DNA of 43,938 nucleotides from Bacteroidales bacterium (lineage in GTDB: Bacteria; Bacteroidota; Bacteroidia; Bacteroidales; ML635J-15), in assembly GCA_049975305.1 (NCBI GenBank), contig JBNGDT010000004.1, positions 1-43,938 of the forward strand, read 5' to 3'. Made by a program: the position numbers and the translations under genes. The notes under the pieces are model-generated. The model searched no databases. It worked only from the letters and a program-made list of their open reading frames with translations, and had not been told where the DNA came from. This document shows positions 9,813 to 19,649 of the stretch, piece after piece. Within the stretch, counting starts at the first letter, position 1. The number at the start of each line of letters is the position of its first letter.

Positions 9813-10110
9813 TTAAGATTGGGACTCTTCGTTTGTTTTTTCACCTTTGTTTGTCAATTTGGAAAAACTTTGAGTACGATCACTGTAAGAGCTCTCTTTT
9901 TTAGATTTACAATTTGCCTGCATCTTACCCTTATCCATATATGCTTGTTTCAACTCTGCTTCTTTCTTTTCTAATAAGCGTTTATAAAACTCTAATTCCT
10001 GTTTGCACTCATCATCAGCACGCTTTGCCGGTGGTGGTTTGCTGTTCTGGTCCTTTTGCAGCATTTCACCCTCAACGGTGATTAGCCAGTTTGCATTAAT
10101 ACTATATGAA
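9813..10110 (-). pseudogene. Remnant of an XRE/phage-repressor-like HTH regulator, with the N-terminal HTH missing
   Basis: The frame reads 'SINANWLITVEGEML', the linker that closes XRE HTH domains (IN..WL.TGEG.M), followed by a coiled coil (KQELEFYKRLLEKKEAELK). The space upstream is occupied by the 3' end of 10117..11061. Confidence 0.6.
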
Positions 10111-10116
10111 AGGCAA

Positions 10117-11061
10117 TCAATAAAGTAAATTTGACACATCCAGATTCCCTCCTGAAACAATCAACCCGACATGCTTCCCCTGAAACATTGTTTTGTGTTC
10201 AAGGATGACCGCCAGTGGAACGGCAGCGCTGGGTTCAACCACAATTTTTATTCGTTCCATAATGAGTTTCATTGCCAACACAATGTTTTCTTCAGTGCAT
10301 GTTAATATATCATCGATGTGAGTTGATAATATCGAAAAAGTAAGATCACTTAGTGATGTCAGCAGGCCATCAGCAATGGTTTTGGGTTGTACAGAGGGAA
10401 TAAGTTTTTTGCTGTACAATGATTGTTGGGCATCCGAAGCTCCGGCCGGTTCTGCTCCTATGAGTGTTATCCGGGGATTGATGTGTTTGGTTGCAATTGC
10501 AGTGCCGCTCATGAGGCCACCACCGCCAACCGGTGCCATGACAACATCCAGCCCAGGTTGTTTTTCAAGCAACTCCAGCGCTGCGGTTCCCTGTCCGGCT
10601 ATAATATCAGGATGATCATAAGGATGTATAAAATGAGCGCCGGTAGTGTTTTGCACCTTCTTTAGTTTTTTTTCCCTGGCTTCCAGTGTTGAATGGCAGA
10701 AAAACACATCAGCGCCATAATGGTTGACAGCCTCCACTTTGTTGCAAGGAGCAGATTCAGGCATAACAACATAGGCTTTTGTTCCCGCTTGTGCCGCTGC
10801 CAAACTTAATGCCTGTGCATGATTGCCGGAAGAATGAGTGCATACACCCTGCCTGAGTGCTTTAGGATTTAATTTCAATATGGCATTGGTGGCTCCCCTG
10901 TACTTAAATGCCCCTGCTTTTTGAAAATTTTCGCACTTGAAATAAAGGTGACAGCCGCATAATTCATTTAACATTGATGATTGCAATACCGGTGTCTCAT
11001 GTATCCGGTGATTGATGCGGTTTTTTGCTTGTCTAATGTCAGAATATGCTGGTGCTTCCAT
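10117..11061 (-). CDS. PLP-dependent serine/threonine dehydratase / serine racemase family enzyme
   Basis: FKCENFQKAGAFKYRGA (PLP lysine), HSSGNHAQA, PVGGGGL, VEPSAAV, SGGN. Confidence 0.93.
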   Translation of the reverse strand: MEAPAYSDIRQAKNRINHRIHETPVLQSSMLNELCGCHLYFKCENFQKAGAFKYRGATNAILKLNPKALRQGVCTHSSGNHAQALSLAAAQAGTKAYVVMPESAPCNKVEAVNHYGADVFFCHSTLEAREKKLKKVQNTTGAHFIHPYDHPDIIAGQGTAALELLEKQPGLDVVMAPVGGGGLMSGTAIATKHINPRITLIGAEPAGASDAQQSLYSKKLIPSVQPKTIADGLLTSLSDLTFSILSTHIDDILTCTEENIVLAMKLIMERIKIVVEPSAAVPLAVILEHKTMFQGKHVGLIVSGGNLDVSNLLY

Positions 11062-11064
11062 AGT

Positions 11065-11427
11065 TTAGGCTTCAGGGATGATGGCTGATTCATAATGTTC
11101 TAAGCTAGGAGCATTGTTTTTATCCAACAACACCGTAATTACATCAAAACGTATCTCCTCATCCCGGTTGTGAATATCAACATAAGCATTGAGAGCTTGT
11201 AAAAGAAATGACTTTTTGCGTTTTGTTATGGCACGTGTCGGATCCTCCAAACAGGTATCCTGTCGTGTTTTGACTTCAACAAACACAAGCATGCCTTTGT
11301 ATTCGGTTATCAGGTCTATTTCTTTATTACCAAACTGCCAGTTCCTTTCTATGATACGATAACCAAGAGAAGCCAAATAATCAGCAGCTATGTTTTCGCC
11401 CATTTTGCCAAATTCCTTCGAATTCAT
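11065..11427 (-). CDS. yraN: YraN family PD-(D/E)XK protein
   Basis: G..GE..AA.YL...GY.I..RNW, EIDLI, LVFVEVKTR, IRFDVI. Confidence 0.92.
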   Translation of the reverse strand: MNSKEFGKMGENIAADYLASLGYRIIERNWQFGNKEIDLITEYKGMLVFVEVKTRQDTCLEDPTRAITKRKKSFLLQALNAYVDIHNRDEEIRFDVITVLLDKNNAPSLEHYESAIIPEA

Positions 11428-11507
11428 TGAATATTGTTCGTATTATGTGTTGTAACCGTTAATAATCATTTTTTATTGTTATTAGCTGTAAGTGGTTACG
11501 ATATGTT

Positions 11508-12251
11508 TTAACGAATGATCAGTTTTTGTGTGTTTGTTATCGTTCCGTTGATAATGTAGCGGCAGATATATGAGCCTTTTGGCAACGATGTAAGGTTTAT
11601 GTTTACCGTTCCTTTATCATAACAGGTATAGTCTTTTATTTGCTTCCCGATAATATCATACATGATCACTTTCAGTTCACTGCCGGCCGGCAGATCATAA
11701 TCTATGGCAGTGTTTTCTTTTGCAGGATTTGGGTACACTTCGCTTACCTTGATGTTTGCTGATTTGTCTTCTATACCGGTAGGCTCTGCTGTGTAATTAA
11801 TGGTTAAGGATACTGAGTCAGTAGGATTGTTGATGTCAAAAGCTGTGTACCTGATTGTTGATGTGCCTTCATTGCCCAGACAGTGATAATGCGTGTCAAA
11901 ATCATCCGCTGATGCACCAGCTGCCAGTGTAACTGCTACTGGTGAAATCATTGTTGAGCTGCTGAGGCATGTCCCGTTCCAACAAAAATCATTTGCTGTA
12001 CCCGGTACAATATTGACGTAATATTTTTTTACCTTAACGTCTATGCTTTGATCACCATCATTTAACACGGTAAAGTGTGCTTCAATGGTGCCGTAATTCT
12101 GTTCAACATTACCAGTAAAAGACAGTGTGGAGTCCGATACATCTGCGTTGTTGTCTTCTTCATGTAGTATCTTAAGGCTCTGTGATACAGTAACGTTTGC
12201 TTGGAGTAATACTAGCATGCCAAGCAAAAATGGTAAAATATGTTTCATCAT
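11508..12251 (-). CDS. Small secreted protein with a type-A T9SS sorting domain
   Basis: Signal peptide from MMKHILPF, an Ig-like domain with FCWNGTC, and CTD 'VYPNPA...YDIIGK...LPKGSYI...KLIIR'. Confidence 0.88.
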   Translation of the reverse strand: MMKHILPFLLGMLVLLQANVTVSQSLKILHEEDNNADVSDSTLSFTGNVEQNYGTIEAHFTVLNDGDQSIDVKVKKYYVNIVPGTANDFCWNGTCLSSSTMISPVAVTLAAGASADDFDTHYHCLGNEGTSTIRYTAFDINNPTDSVSLTINYTAEPTGIEDKSANIKVSEVYPNPAKENTAIDYDLPAGSELKVIMYDIIGKQIKDYTCYDKGTVNINLTSLPKGSYICRYIINGTITNTQKLIIR

Positions 12252-12295
12252 GTGTGGTTTTAGTTTGATATTGATCAAATATAAATATTATTTTT

Positions 12296-12602
12296 GTAAC
12301 TACTCAGTGCTAAAATTAAAAAACCTTAACTATTCAGACGCATTTGATTTTCACCGCAAAGACGGAGAGGCGCTAAGAAATTGAATAATTTGGTCACATA
12401 GACAGTTAACATCGGTTAACACTGGTTAAAAACGGTTGCGATATGTCATGTTTCCTAAAGAATCGAATGTTCACAAGTAACCGATTTTAACCATTATTAA
12501 CATATATTAACCGTTGTTAACCGTTCAGTTTACAAATTTTTAAACTTTGCGACTTTGCGACTTTGCGGTGAGGAGCTACTTTTGCTGACACTGATTAGTT
12601 GC
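12296..12602. repeat. Nested palindromic MITE/REP-like element (about 307 bp)
   Basis: Outer inverted repeat gtaactactcagtg / cactgattagttgc. Middle 8-mer arms tcaccgcaaagacgg (12351-) / ctttgcgactttgcgactttgcggtga (12545-12571). Inner 10-mer arms (..ggttaac x4, 12401-12440 / ttaaccg.. x5, 12477-12525). Confidence 0.8.
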
Positions 12603-12808
12603 TTATTTTTTACTATATGGATATTTATCCAGATAAGTTGTAACGACTTCAAATACTAACAGTATTTTAACAACTTTGTTCACCCTTGCATTAAACCAGT
12701 GAAGAAACATGTTGTCTAAAAAAATATCACGGTTAACCAAACGTTAAATGTGGTATCTGCTTCGTTAGCTAAAGAATAAAATATAATTTTTGTATAAATT
12801 TTAATGTC

Positions 12809-15325
12809 ATGATAAAATATAGATTCGTTGTTTTTCTTGTAAGTTTATTCATTTCTGCAAGCGTATTCCTGCCACGTCAGGCAAATGCACAGGGAAAACA
12901 TCCCGGAGGCCGTCCAGGCGGGGGAGATGCAGGAAAAGGAGGCGCCATTAAAGTTAAGGTCATTGATAAAACAACTTCAGGACCGGTAGAATATGCTAAT
13001 ATTGTAGTGTATTCTGTAAAAGATTCCAGTTTGGTTACAGGTGGTGTAACCAATTCAAAAGGTATCGCTTTTATTACACAAATTCCGTTCGGGAACTATT
13101 ATGTTGATATAGATTTTATCGGGTACATCAAGCAGCAAAAAGACAACATTGAAATCACTGAAAATAAGCGGTTTGTTGATCTGGGTACCGTTAAATTGCC
13201 TCAGGCAGCGGAAGTGCTTCAGGATGTTGAAGTGGCTGCTGACAGGAAACACATTGACTATAAAATTGATAAAAAAATTGTCAATGTAAGCCAGGATATT
13301 ACATCTGCCGGAGGCAGCGCTGTGGATGCATTGGAGAATGTTCCATCCATACAAACGGACATTGAAGGCAATGTTCAGTTGAGGGGAAGCTCAAGTTTTA
13401 CAGTACTTATTGACGGCAAACCAACACCACTCGAAGGCAGTGAAGCACTGCAGCAAATTCCGGCCAGTAGCATTGAAAACATTGAAATTATTACAAATCC
13501 TTCTGCCAAGTTTGACCCCGATGGTACAGCAGGCATTATTAATGTCATCATGAAAGAAAATCAGAAACAGGGAGTGAATGGAAATTTCAACCTGTCGTAT
13601 GGTTCATTCAATGCATTTAATGGTGATTTTCTTGTCAATGCACGTACCGGAAAATTTAATTTTTTTGTAAGCGGAAGTTACCGTGATGGCAAACGTAAAT
13701 CTGAGACCGAATCACTGCGGGCAACGTTCTCAGATTCTACCTTTGTCAATGATGTTGAAGGTGAGGGACAATTTCAACACAAAGGCTATGATGCACGCGT
13801 TGGGGCAGATTATTTCCTTACAGACAAAGATATTTTTACCATTTCAGGAGAGTATGGGAACCGTGGCTTTGAGCGTAGCGGGATAAGTAACTACGACCAG
13901 TTTACAACGGATATCACAGAACGCCCCTTTGATGATCCCGCTGTAAATCATACTTATTACATCAACAAAAGCGGCTTTTCGGTGAGCAGTGATTACATCA
14001 GCGGAGACCTTAACTATCAGCATAAATTCAATGACGAAGGACATGAATTACAGGCGTATGCTTATTACAGCAGTGTGGTTACGGATGAAACATCCGGCTT
14101 TGAGCAGGAATATACCAACAATGAATTTGAAATCCTCGATAGTGTTACCCCGGTTAAGGAACGGGCCATCCAGGATGGTGAAAACAACCGCCTCCGGGCA
14201 AAACTGGATTATACATACCCGTTTTCCGAACACGGGAAGTTTGAAGCCGGGTATCAGTTCAGGAACCGCATAGGCCTGACAGATTACAACTATGAAATCT
14301 GGGATGAAGGCGAATACTGGGATGACAGTTCACAATTCAACGATGTGGACTTTAACCGGCAGGTTCAGTCTGCGTACTCTACCTACACCAATCGGCTGGG
14401 AAAATTTGATTTTATGCTTGGGCTGCGTGTGGAATATACCAGCAGGTTATTCATCAGCAACACCATGAACAACGAATGGTCATACAGCAAATTCGATTAT
14501 TTTCCCAGTATTCATGTGTCACGCAAGCTTCCCTTGGACATACAATTACAAGCCGGCTATACCCGGCGTATCCGCAGGCCACGACCTTGGTTTCTGGATC
14601 CATTCCGCTCGAAAATGGATGAATACAATTACCGCGAAGGAAATCCAGACCTCGAACCTGCCTATATTGATTCTTACGAATTGAATGCCCAAAAACGATT
14701 TGGAAAACATTTTGTAGCCCTGGAAACCTTTTATCGCCAAACGCACAATAAATTTGAACACATTACCCGTGTGGATTCACTGGATCCCGATATTTTGATA
14801 ATGAGTTTTGATAATGTGGGTTCGGATGTATCTTACGGGATTGAAATGATGGGTAATTTTAATTTTGCTGATTGGTGGAACCTGAATGTCACCGCAGATG
14901 TTTATCAGTATTCGCTTGATGCAATGGTGGATGGTGCTTCCACTCAAAAAAGCACAATCACATACAGCGGACGCCTTAACAATACCTTTAAAATTACAAA
15001 AACAAACACCCGCTTTCAGATTTTTTCCATGTACAGAAGTCCTTCAGTAACTGCCCAGGGGGAACGCGGCTCATTTTTTATGGTCAATGCGGCGGTTAAA
15101 CAAAGTTTCCTGGATCGCAAACTGTCTGTGATGTTTAGCCTGGATGATGTGCTGGGAACCATGAAACACCACAGGGAAAGTTATTCGGATAATTTTTACA
15201 ATTACCATGAATTTGATATGATGTCCCCGACCTTCAAAATTACGGTGTCATATATACTGAATGATTATGAGCGCAGAAACGAAGAACACGATGCTGTGGA
15301 AATTGAAAGTGACACGATGATGTAA
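12809..15325 (+). CDS. TonB-dependent receptor / outer-membrane beta-barrel family protein
   Basis: Signal peptide ANA-Q, CarboxypepD_reg-like N-domain, plug motif (LRGSSSFTVLIDGKP...IENIEIITNPSAKFDPDGTAGIINV), and barrel with GNPDLEP. Confidence 0.93.
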   Translation: MIKYRFVVFLVSLFISASVFLPRQANAQGKHPGGRPGGGDAGKGGAIKVKVIDKTTSGPVEYANIVVYSVKDSSLVTGGVTNSKGIAFITQIPFGNYYVDIDFIGYIKQQKDNIEITENKRFVDLGTVKLPQAAEVLQDVEVAADRKHIDYKIDKKIVNVSQDITSAGGSAVDALENVPSIQTDIEGNVQLRGSSSFTVLIDGKPTPLEGSEALQQIPASSIENIEIITNPSAKFDPDGTAGIINVIMKENQKQGVNGNFNLSYGSFNAFNGDFLVNARTGKFNFFVSGSYRDGKRKSETESLRATFSDSTFVNDVEGEGQFQHKGYDARVGADYFLTDKDIFTISGEYGNRGFERSGISNYDQFTTDITERPFDDPAVNHTYYINKSGFSVSSDYISGDLNYQHKFNDEGHELQAYAYYSSVVTDETSGFEQEYTNNEFEILDSVTPVKERAIQDGENNRLRAKLDYTYPFSEHGKFEAGYQFRNRIGLTDYNYEIWDEGEYWDDSSQFNDVDFNRQVQSAYSTYTNRLGKFDFMLGLRVEYTSRLFISNTMNNEWSYSKFDYFPSIHVSRKLPLDIQLQAGYTRRIRRPRPWFLDPFRSKMDEYNYREGNPDLEPAYIDSYELNAQKRFGKHFVALETFYRQTHNKFEHITRVDSLDPDILIMSFDNVGSDVSYGIEMMGNFNFADWWNLNVTADVYQYSLDAMVDGASTQKSTITYSGRLNNTFKITKTNTRFQIFSMYRSPSVTAQGERGSFFMVNAAVKQSFLDRKLSVMFSLDDVLGTMKHHRESYSDNFYNYHEFDMMSPTFKITVSYILNDYERRNEEHDAVEIESDTMM

Positions 15326-15365
15326 AATTCGGATTAATTTAGGTGCATAGAACTGTGGCCGCTTG

Positions 15366-15438
15366 TTACCGCTAAGACGCTAAGACGGGTCTGCGTTTTT
15401 GCCGTGAATGTTTACTTGTGTTCATACTGATTTAGTTA
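15366..15438. repeat. Short member of the 12296-12602 element family
   Basis: ttaccgctaagacgctaagacg ... ctgcgtttttgccgtgaa, ending in catactgatttagtta, which resembles the right end cactgattagttg. Confidence 0.55.
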
Positions 15439-15468
15439 ATAAAATTCAAAAATAAAACCCGTTATTTG

Positions 15469-15499
15469 TTGTATAGAAGATAAATTTAACCTATATTTG
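15469..15499 (+). promoter_or_regulatory. Bacteroidota housekeeping (-33/-7) promoter of rpsT
   Basis: TTG-N20-TATATTTG. Confidence 0.7.
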
Positions 15500-15534
15500 C
15501 AGCCCGAATATAATCAAAAATAAAGAATAAAAAT

Positions 15535-15786
15535 ATGGCAACACACAAATCTGCAATTAAACGCATAAGACACAATGAATCCAGGCGTGTATTGAATAAA
15601 TATTACGGACGTACGGTACGGAACGCTGTGAACAAGTTTAAACAAACCACTGATAAAAAAGAAGCGGAAGAAAAACTTCCAAAAGTTATGTCTATGGTGG
15701 ACAGGCTTGCCCGTAAAAATATCATTCACGATAATAAAGCGGCCCGGATAAAATCACAGATTTCACGTCACGTCGCTTCATTATAA
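15535..15786 (+). CDS. rpsT: 30S ribosomal protein S20
   Basis: MATHKSAIKRIR...DRLARKNIIHDNKAARIKS; 83 aa. Confidence 0.98.
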   Translation: MATHKSAIKRIRHNESRRVLNKYYGRTVRNAVNKFKQTTDKKEAEEKLPKVMSMVDRLARKNIIHDNKAARIKSQISRHVASL

Positions 15787-15813
15787 ATAAATACGTTTTC
15801 ATAGATATTTCAC

Positions 15814-15846
15814 AGCACCCCTTATGTAATAGTCGGGTGCTTTTTT
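15814..15846 (+). terminator. Intrinsic terminator after rpsT
   Basis: AGCACCC ... GGGTGCT followed by a T-run. Confidence 0.7.
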
Positions 15847-15903
15847 GTTTTTTTTTATTGATTGTCAAAGAAATGCTCTATCTTTAAAAAAACTCAAGTT
15901 AAA

Positions 15904-16608
15904 ATGGCAGAGAGATCTATAAAAAGCATGCCAGAACAAGACCGGCCGCGGGAAAAATTGCTCGAAAAAGGACCTCTGGCACTTACCGATGCTGAATTGA
16001 TGGCTATTTTGATTAATTCAGGAAACCAAAATATGTCAGCGGTAGAGTTAGCCAGGCATATATTGAAAAATTACAACAATGAGCTCAACCGAATTGCAAA
16101 AGCAGGCGTTGGCGAACTTACTAAATTCCCGGGCATAGGCCAAGCCAAAGCCATCTCAATCGTTGCTGCTATGGAGCTTGGCAGGCGGCGTAAAGGATTG
16201 AAAACAAAAGCTGTTAAAATCAGTAGCCCCTATGATGCTGTTCAACTTATGGAACCATTCATCAGTGAATTGTCCCATGAAGAATTTTGGGTAATATATG
16301 TCAATCAGGCAAACCATGTACTTGATACAAAACACCTGTCAACAGGGGGCACCGTTGGAACAGTTGTGGATATTAAAATTATATTGAAACATGCTGTTGA
16401 AATGCTGGCACAGGGAATTGTTCTCTCTCATAATCATCCTTCGGGAAACATCACGCCAAGCAAAAGAGATATTGACATAACCTACAAATTGAGAGATGCA
16501 GCAAAATTGTTTGAAATCAAACTCATAGATCATGTTATTATTTCCAACAGTGGATATTATAGTTTTGTGGATCATGGTTTACTCAAAGAACAAACAGGTG
16601 AAACGTAA
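15904..16608 (+). CDS. radC: RadC family (JAB domain) protein
   Basis: PREKL, L...EL.AIL..G, HhH PGIGQAKA, JAB motif HNHPSG...PS..D, DHVII. ATG at 15904 is preferred as the start. Confidence 0.95.
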   Translation: MAERSIKSMPEQDRPREKLLEKGPLALTDAELMAILINSGNQNMSAVELARHILKNYNNELNRIAKAGVGELTKFPGIGQAKAISIVAAMELGRRRKGLKTKAVKISSPYDAVQLMEPFISELSHEEFWVIYVNQANHVLDTKHLSTGGTVGTVVDIKIILKHAVEMLAQGIVLSHNHPSGNITPSKRDIDITYKLRDAAKLFEIKLIDHVIISNSGYYSFVDHGLLKEQTGET

Positions 16609-16693
16609 TAATTTAATCAGTCAGAAGCCGGCAGCCCGGGTTTAGGTTTTCGTGCCCATGACGCCCAACTACCTGCCGGTACAATTTTTGCCT

Positions 16694-17590
16694 ATGAATA
16701 TTCAACGGGTTTCAAATAAACAGATAGACAAGACAGCATGGGACAATTGTATCCGGCATACTGAAAATCGCCGTGTTTATGCGTTGAGCTGGTATCTCGA
16801 CAGTCTTACAAACAACAAATGGGAAGCGCTGATTCTTGATGATTTCAAAGCTGTAATGCCATTGCCTTTTATTAGAAAAGTCGGTTTTAAGATGTACATT
16901 CAACCCTTGTTCTGTCAGCAACTTGGGCCTTTTTGGACATTTGGCTATCCCCCTGGACTCATGACAAACTTTAAAAGCAAAATTCCATCCCCGTTTTATG
17001 CTCTTAATTTAAGCGGGCCTGCAAGGTTTTACCCGGAAAATGCATCCTTGCGCGTAAAACTCAACATGGTATTGCCATTGGATAAAACCTATAAAAATAT
17101 ATACAGTCAATTTACAACTAATCATAAACGCAATATAAAAAAAGCAGAGAAATCCGGTCTGGAAGTGCGTGAAGTAAGTATAGATGAATTTTTGGAATTG
17201 AAAAAAAACAACAGTGAGTTAAAGCATCCCGGCACATTAAACAGGTTGTCTAAATTGTTGCAGGAAATACAAAACAAAGGCTTACTTATTCCCCATGGAA
17301 CGTGGAGAAATAATAAATTGATATCAGCAGTATGCTGGGTAAAAGATTTTGACAGACTGATATATTTTCAGGCTGCAAGCAATGATGAAGGTAGAAAATA
17401 TGCAGCAGCATTTTTGCTTGTAAATCGTATCCTGCAACAATATCAAAACTCAAAATGGACCATTGATTTTGAAGGCTCATCTATTCCGGGCGTAAGACGA
17501 TTTTATCGGGGATTTGGGGCAATGAATGAGGCATACCCGGTGTTAATAAGTAAAAACATGCAATTTGTTTATAAAATTATGTCAAGGTGA
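16694..17590 (+). CDS. FemAB-like / GNAT (Acetyltransf_6-type) protein
   Basis: IDK..WD.CI, YALSWYLD, PLFCQQLG, HKRNIKKA, IDFEGSSIPGVRRFYRGFGA. Confidence 0.8.
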   Translation: MNIQRVSNKQIDKTAWDNCIRHTENRRVYALSWYLDSLTNNKWEALILDDFKAVMPLPFIRKVGFKMYIQPLFCQQLGPFWTFGYPPGLMTNFKSKIPSPFYALNLSGPARFYPENASLRVKLNMVLPLDKTYKNIYSQFTTNHKRNIKKAEKSGLEVREVSIDEFLELKKNNSELKHPGTLNRLSKLLQEIQNKGLLIPHGTWRNNKLISAVCWVKDFDRLIYFQAASNDEGRKYAAAFLLVNRILQQYQNSKWTIDFEGSSIPGVRRFYRGFGAMNEAYPVLISKNMQFVYKIMSR

Positions 17591-18585
17591 CACACCTGCA
17601 AAAAATACGATACACTGCCTGGATCAGACCTTTTATTAATTTCCGCGGGCTTTTAAAAAGCCTGAAATACCCATTGATTTTTCCATTTTATCATACCATT
17701 AGTGATGAGTATCTGCCACATATAGCTTCCCTGTATAAAATAAAAAACACCACGCAATTTGTCAGTGACCTGGATTTTTTGTTGCAGCATTTTAAACCTG
17801 TATCTGTTGATCAGATCATAAATCATGAATTAAAGCCCGACAAGGCCTATATGTTGTTGAGTTTTGATGATGGATTGAAGGAATGTTATTCCGTGATTTC
17901 CCCGATACTGAAATCCAAAGGTGTGCCGGCGGCTTTTTTTATCAACCCGGCTTTTATTGATGATGCTGCGTGGTTCTTTCGCTACGAGGTTTCATGGCTT
18001 ATACATGAATTGAAAACACTCCCACCAACAGATTCATCAAGTTGTTCTGTTATTAAAATGCATGAACAGGAATCATTGCGGCTGCAAAATACACTCATAA
18101 ACACCACATGGAAAACCAGGGATAACATTGACATGGTATTGAAAAAACTCAATCTCTCAAGGGAATACATGCGCCGCCAAACCCGTGTTTACATGACAAA
18201 AAAAGAGCTTATCAGTCTGCATCAGGATGGTTTTCATATTGGTGTTCACAGTATGCATCATCCTTTATTCAGTGACATATCTGCCGAAGAACAGATTAAA
18301 GAAGTAGCGGACAGTTTTAATGCGTTCAACACAATGGTTAATCCGCAGTACAAAAGTTTTGCATTTCCTTTTACCGATGATGGTGTTGGTGAGGAACAGC
18401 TGATTCGTATTTACAACGAAACGGACTTAGACATAAGTTTTGGAACATCAGGAATTGGTACAAACAAGATATTACCACACTATCAACGCATCCCTATGGA
18501 GCATTACAAGGTTTTCAATGCAGGTAAAATCATAACATCCGAATTACTGGCATATAAAATGAAAAAATTAGTGAATAAAGCATGA
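17587..18585 (+). CDS. Polysaccharide deacetylase family protein (CE4/NodB)
   Basis: FYH, LSFDDG, G.PAAFFI, IGVHSMHH, FAFPF. GTG start overlaps the upstream stop. Confidence 0.9.
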   Translation: MTHLQKIRYTAWIRPFINFRGLLKSLKYPLIFPFYHTISDEYLPHIASLYKIKNTTQFVSDLDFLLQHFKPVSVDQIINHELKPDKAYMLLSFDDGLKECYSVISPILKSKGVPAAFFINPAFIDDAAWFFRYEVSWLIHELKTLPPTDSSSCSVIKMHEQESLRLQNTLINTTWKTRDNIDMVLKKLNLSREYMRRQTRVYMTKKELISLHQDGFHIGVHSMHHPLFSDISAEEQIKEVADSFNAFNTMVNPQYKSFAFPFTDDGVGEEQLIRIYNETDLDISFGTSGIGTNKILPHYQRIPMEHYKVFNAGKIITSELLAYKMKKLVNKA

Positions 18586-19649
18586 CACCCAGGTTATACA
18601 CAATATCACATTCTGAACTCAGAGCATTCAGAGATTCACTGCAATACCAGCAACTCAGTGAAAAACCGGTGTCGTATGAACGTTTGGAATCATACCTGCA
18701 TAATCCGCATGCTAAACCTGATGATAAAGTGTTGTACATGTTATTGCAGGATGGCCGGCTTATTGCCTACCGGACTATTCTGCCAGATGATCTGTATGGA
18801 AAAATACCGGAACATTTTGGCTGGTGCAGTGGTAACTGGGTACATCCGGAGCACAGGCGTAAAGGATATTCGAATTATTTATTGAAGCAGGCAATGCAGG
18901 ATTGGAACGGAAAGCTCATGTATACCAATTACGCTCCCGAATCCCATGCCCTGTATCAAAAAACCGGTGAGTTTACATTGTATTCACATAAGGAGGGAAA
19001 CGGGTTTTACCTGTATGCCAAAACACACGAATTATTGCGGCACAGGGTTGCTCCTCTATTGATGCCATTGTTGCATATTGCAGATGTTTTTGTATGGATA
19101 GTGGCTGCTTTACGGTCTTTGCTGTTATCTCCCGGAAAAAACCGGTGGAGTATTGAAGAAAAAAACAGCCCTGACAGTGAATTTCTTCACATGTTTGATG
19201 CCAGGCGAAAAGTGTGTTTTGAACGGGGAGCAAACGATCTGGAATGGATTCTGAAATACCCGTGGGTGAAGGAAAAGCGGCAAAAACAAGCGTATTTCTT
19301 TTCGCACAGAGCAAAGCGATTTTATTACCGTTTTATCGCATTGAAAGATGAAGGTAACACAACAGGATTTGCCATGCTCCAGTATCGTGATGGTTATCTG
19401 AAAGTTCCTTATTTTCAGCTTGACAGCGATGGGCATACAGAGCTGGCCATCTACCTGGTTAAATTTTGTAAAAAACACAAGATCAAGCTAATGACAATCT
19501 TTGATCCGGTATTATCGGAAGCGGTATCCATGGTAAGACATCCGTTTCTTTATAAGAAACAAAAATCCCAGAATGTGTATGCTGCATGGAAGCCCTCCTG
19601 CAGGCACCCATTGGTATCAGATGGAGACGGTGATTATGTTTTTACCTGA
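18582..19649 (+). CDS. GNAT family N-acetyltransferase
   Basis: Acetyl-CoA-binding motif WVHPEHRRKGYS; overlaps the upstream stop. Confidence 0.8.
   Translation: MTPRLYTISHSELRAFRDSLQYQQLSEKPVSYERLESYLHNPHAKPDDKVLYMLLQDGRLIAYRTILPDDLYGKIPEHFGWCSGNWVHPEHRRKGYSNYLLKQAMQDWNGKLMYTNYAPESHALYQKTGEFTLYSHKEGNGFYLYAKTHELLRHRVAPLLMPLLHIADVFVWIVAALRSLLLSPGKNRWSIEEKNSPDSEFLHMFDARRKVCFERGANDLEWILKYPWVKEKRQKQAYFFSHRAKRFYYRFIALKDEGNTTGFAMLQYRDGYLKVPYFQLDSDGHTELAIYLVKFCKKHKIKLMTIFDPVLSEAVSMVRHPFLYKKQKSQNVYAAWKPSCRHPLVSDGDGDYVFT

Noticed and set aside
12809-15325. Missing C-terminal Phe as evidence of a truncated or unusual TonB-dependent receptor, or a SusC
   Set aside because: A short charged tail after the last strand is common in this Bacteroidota barrel family. 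There are no SusC motifs and no SusD partner.
15904-16608. radC as a marker of a mobile element
   Set aside because: It is the full-length chromosomal type with the N-terminal HhH region, next to rpsT, with no integrase or other mobility genes nearby.
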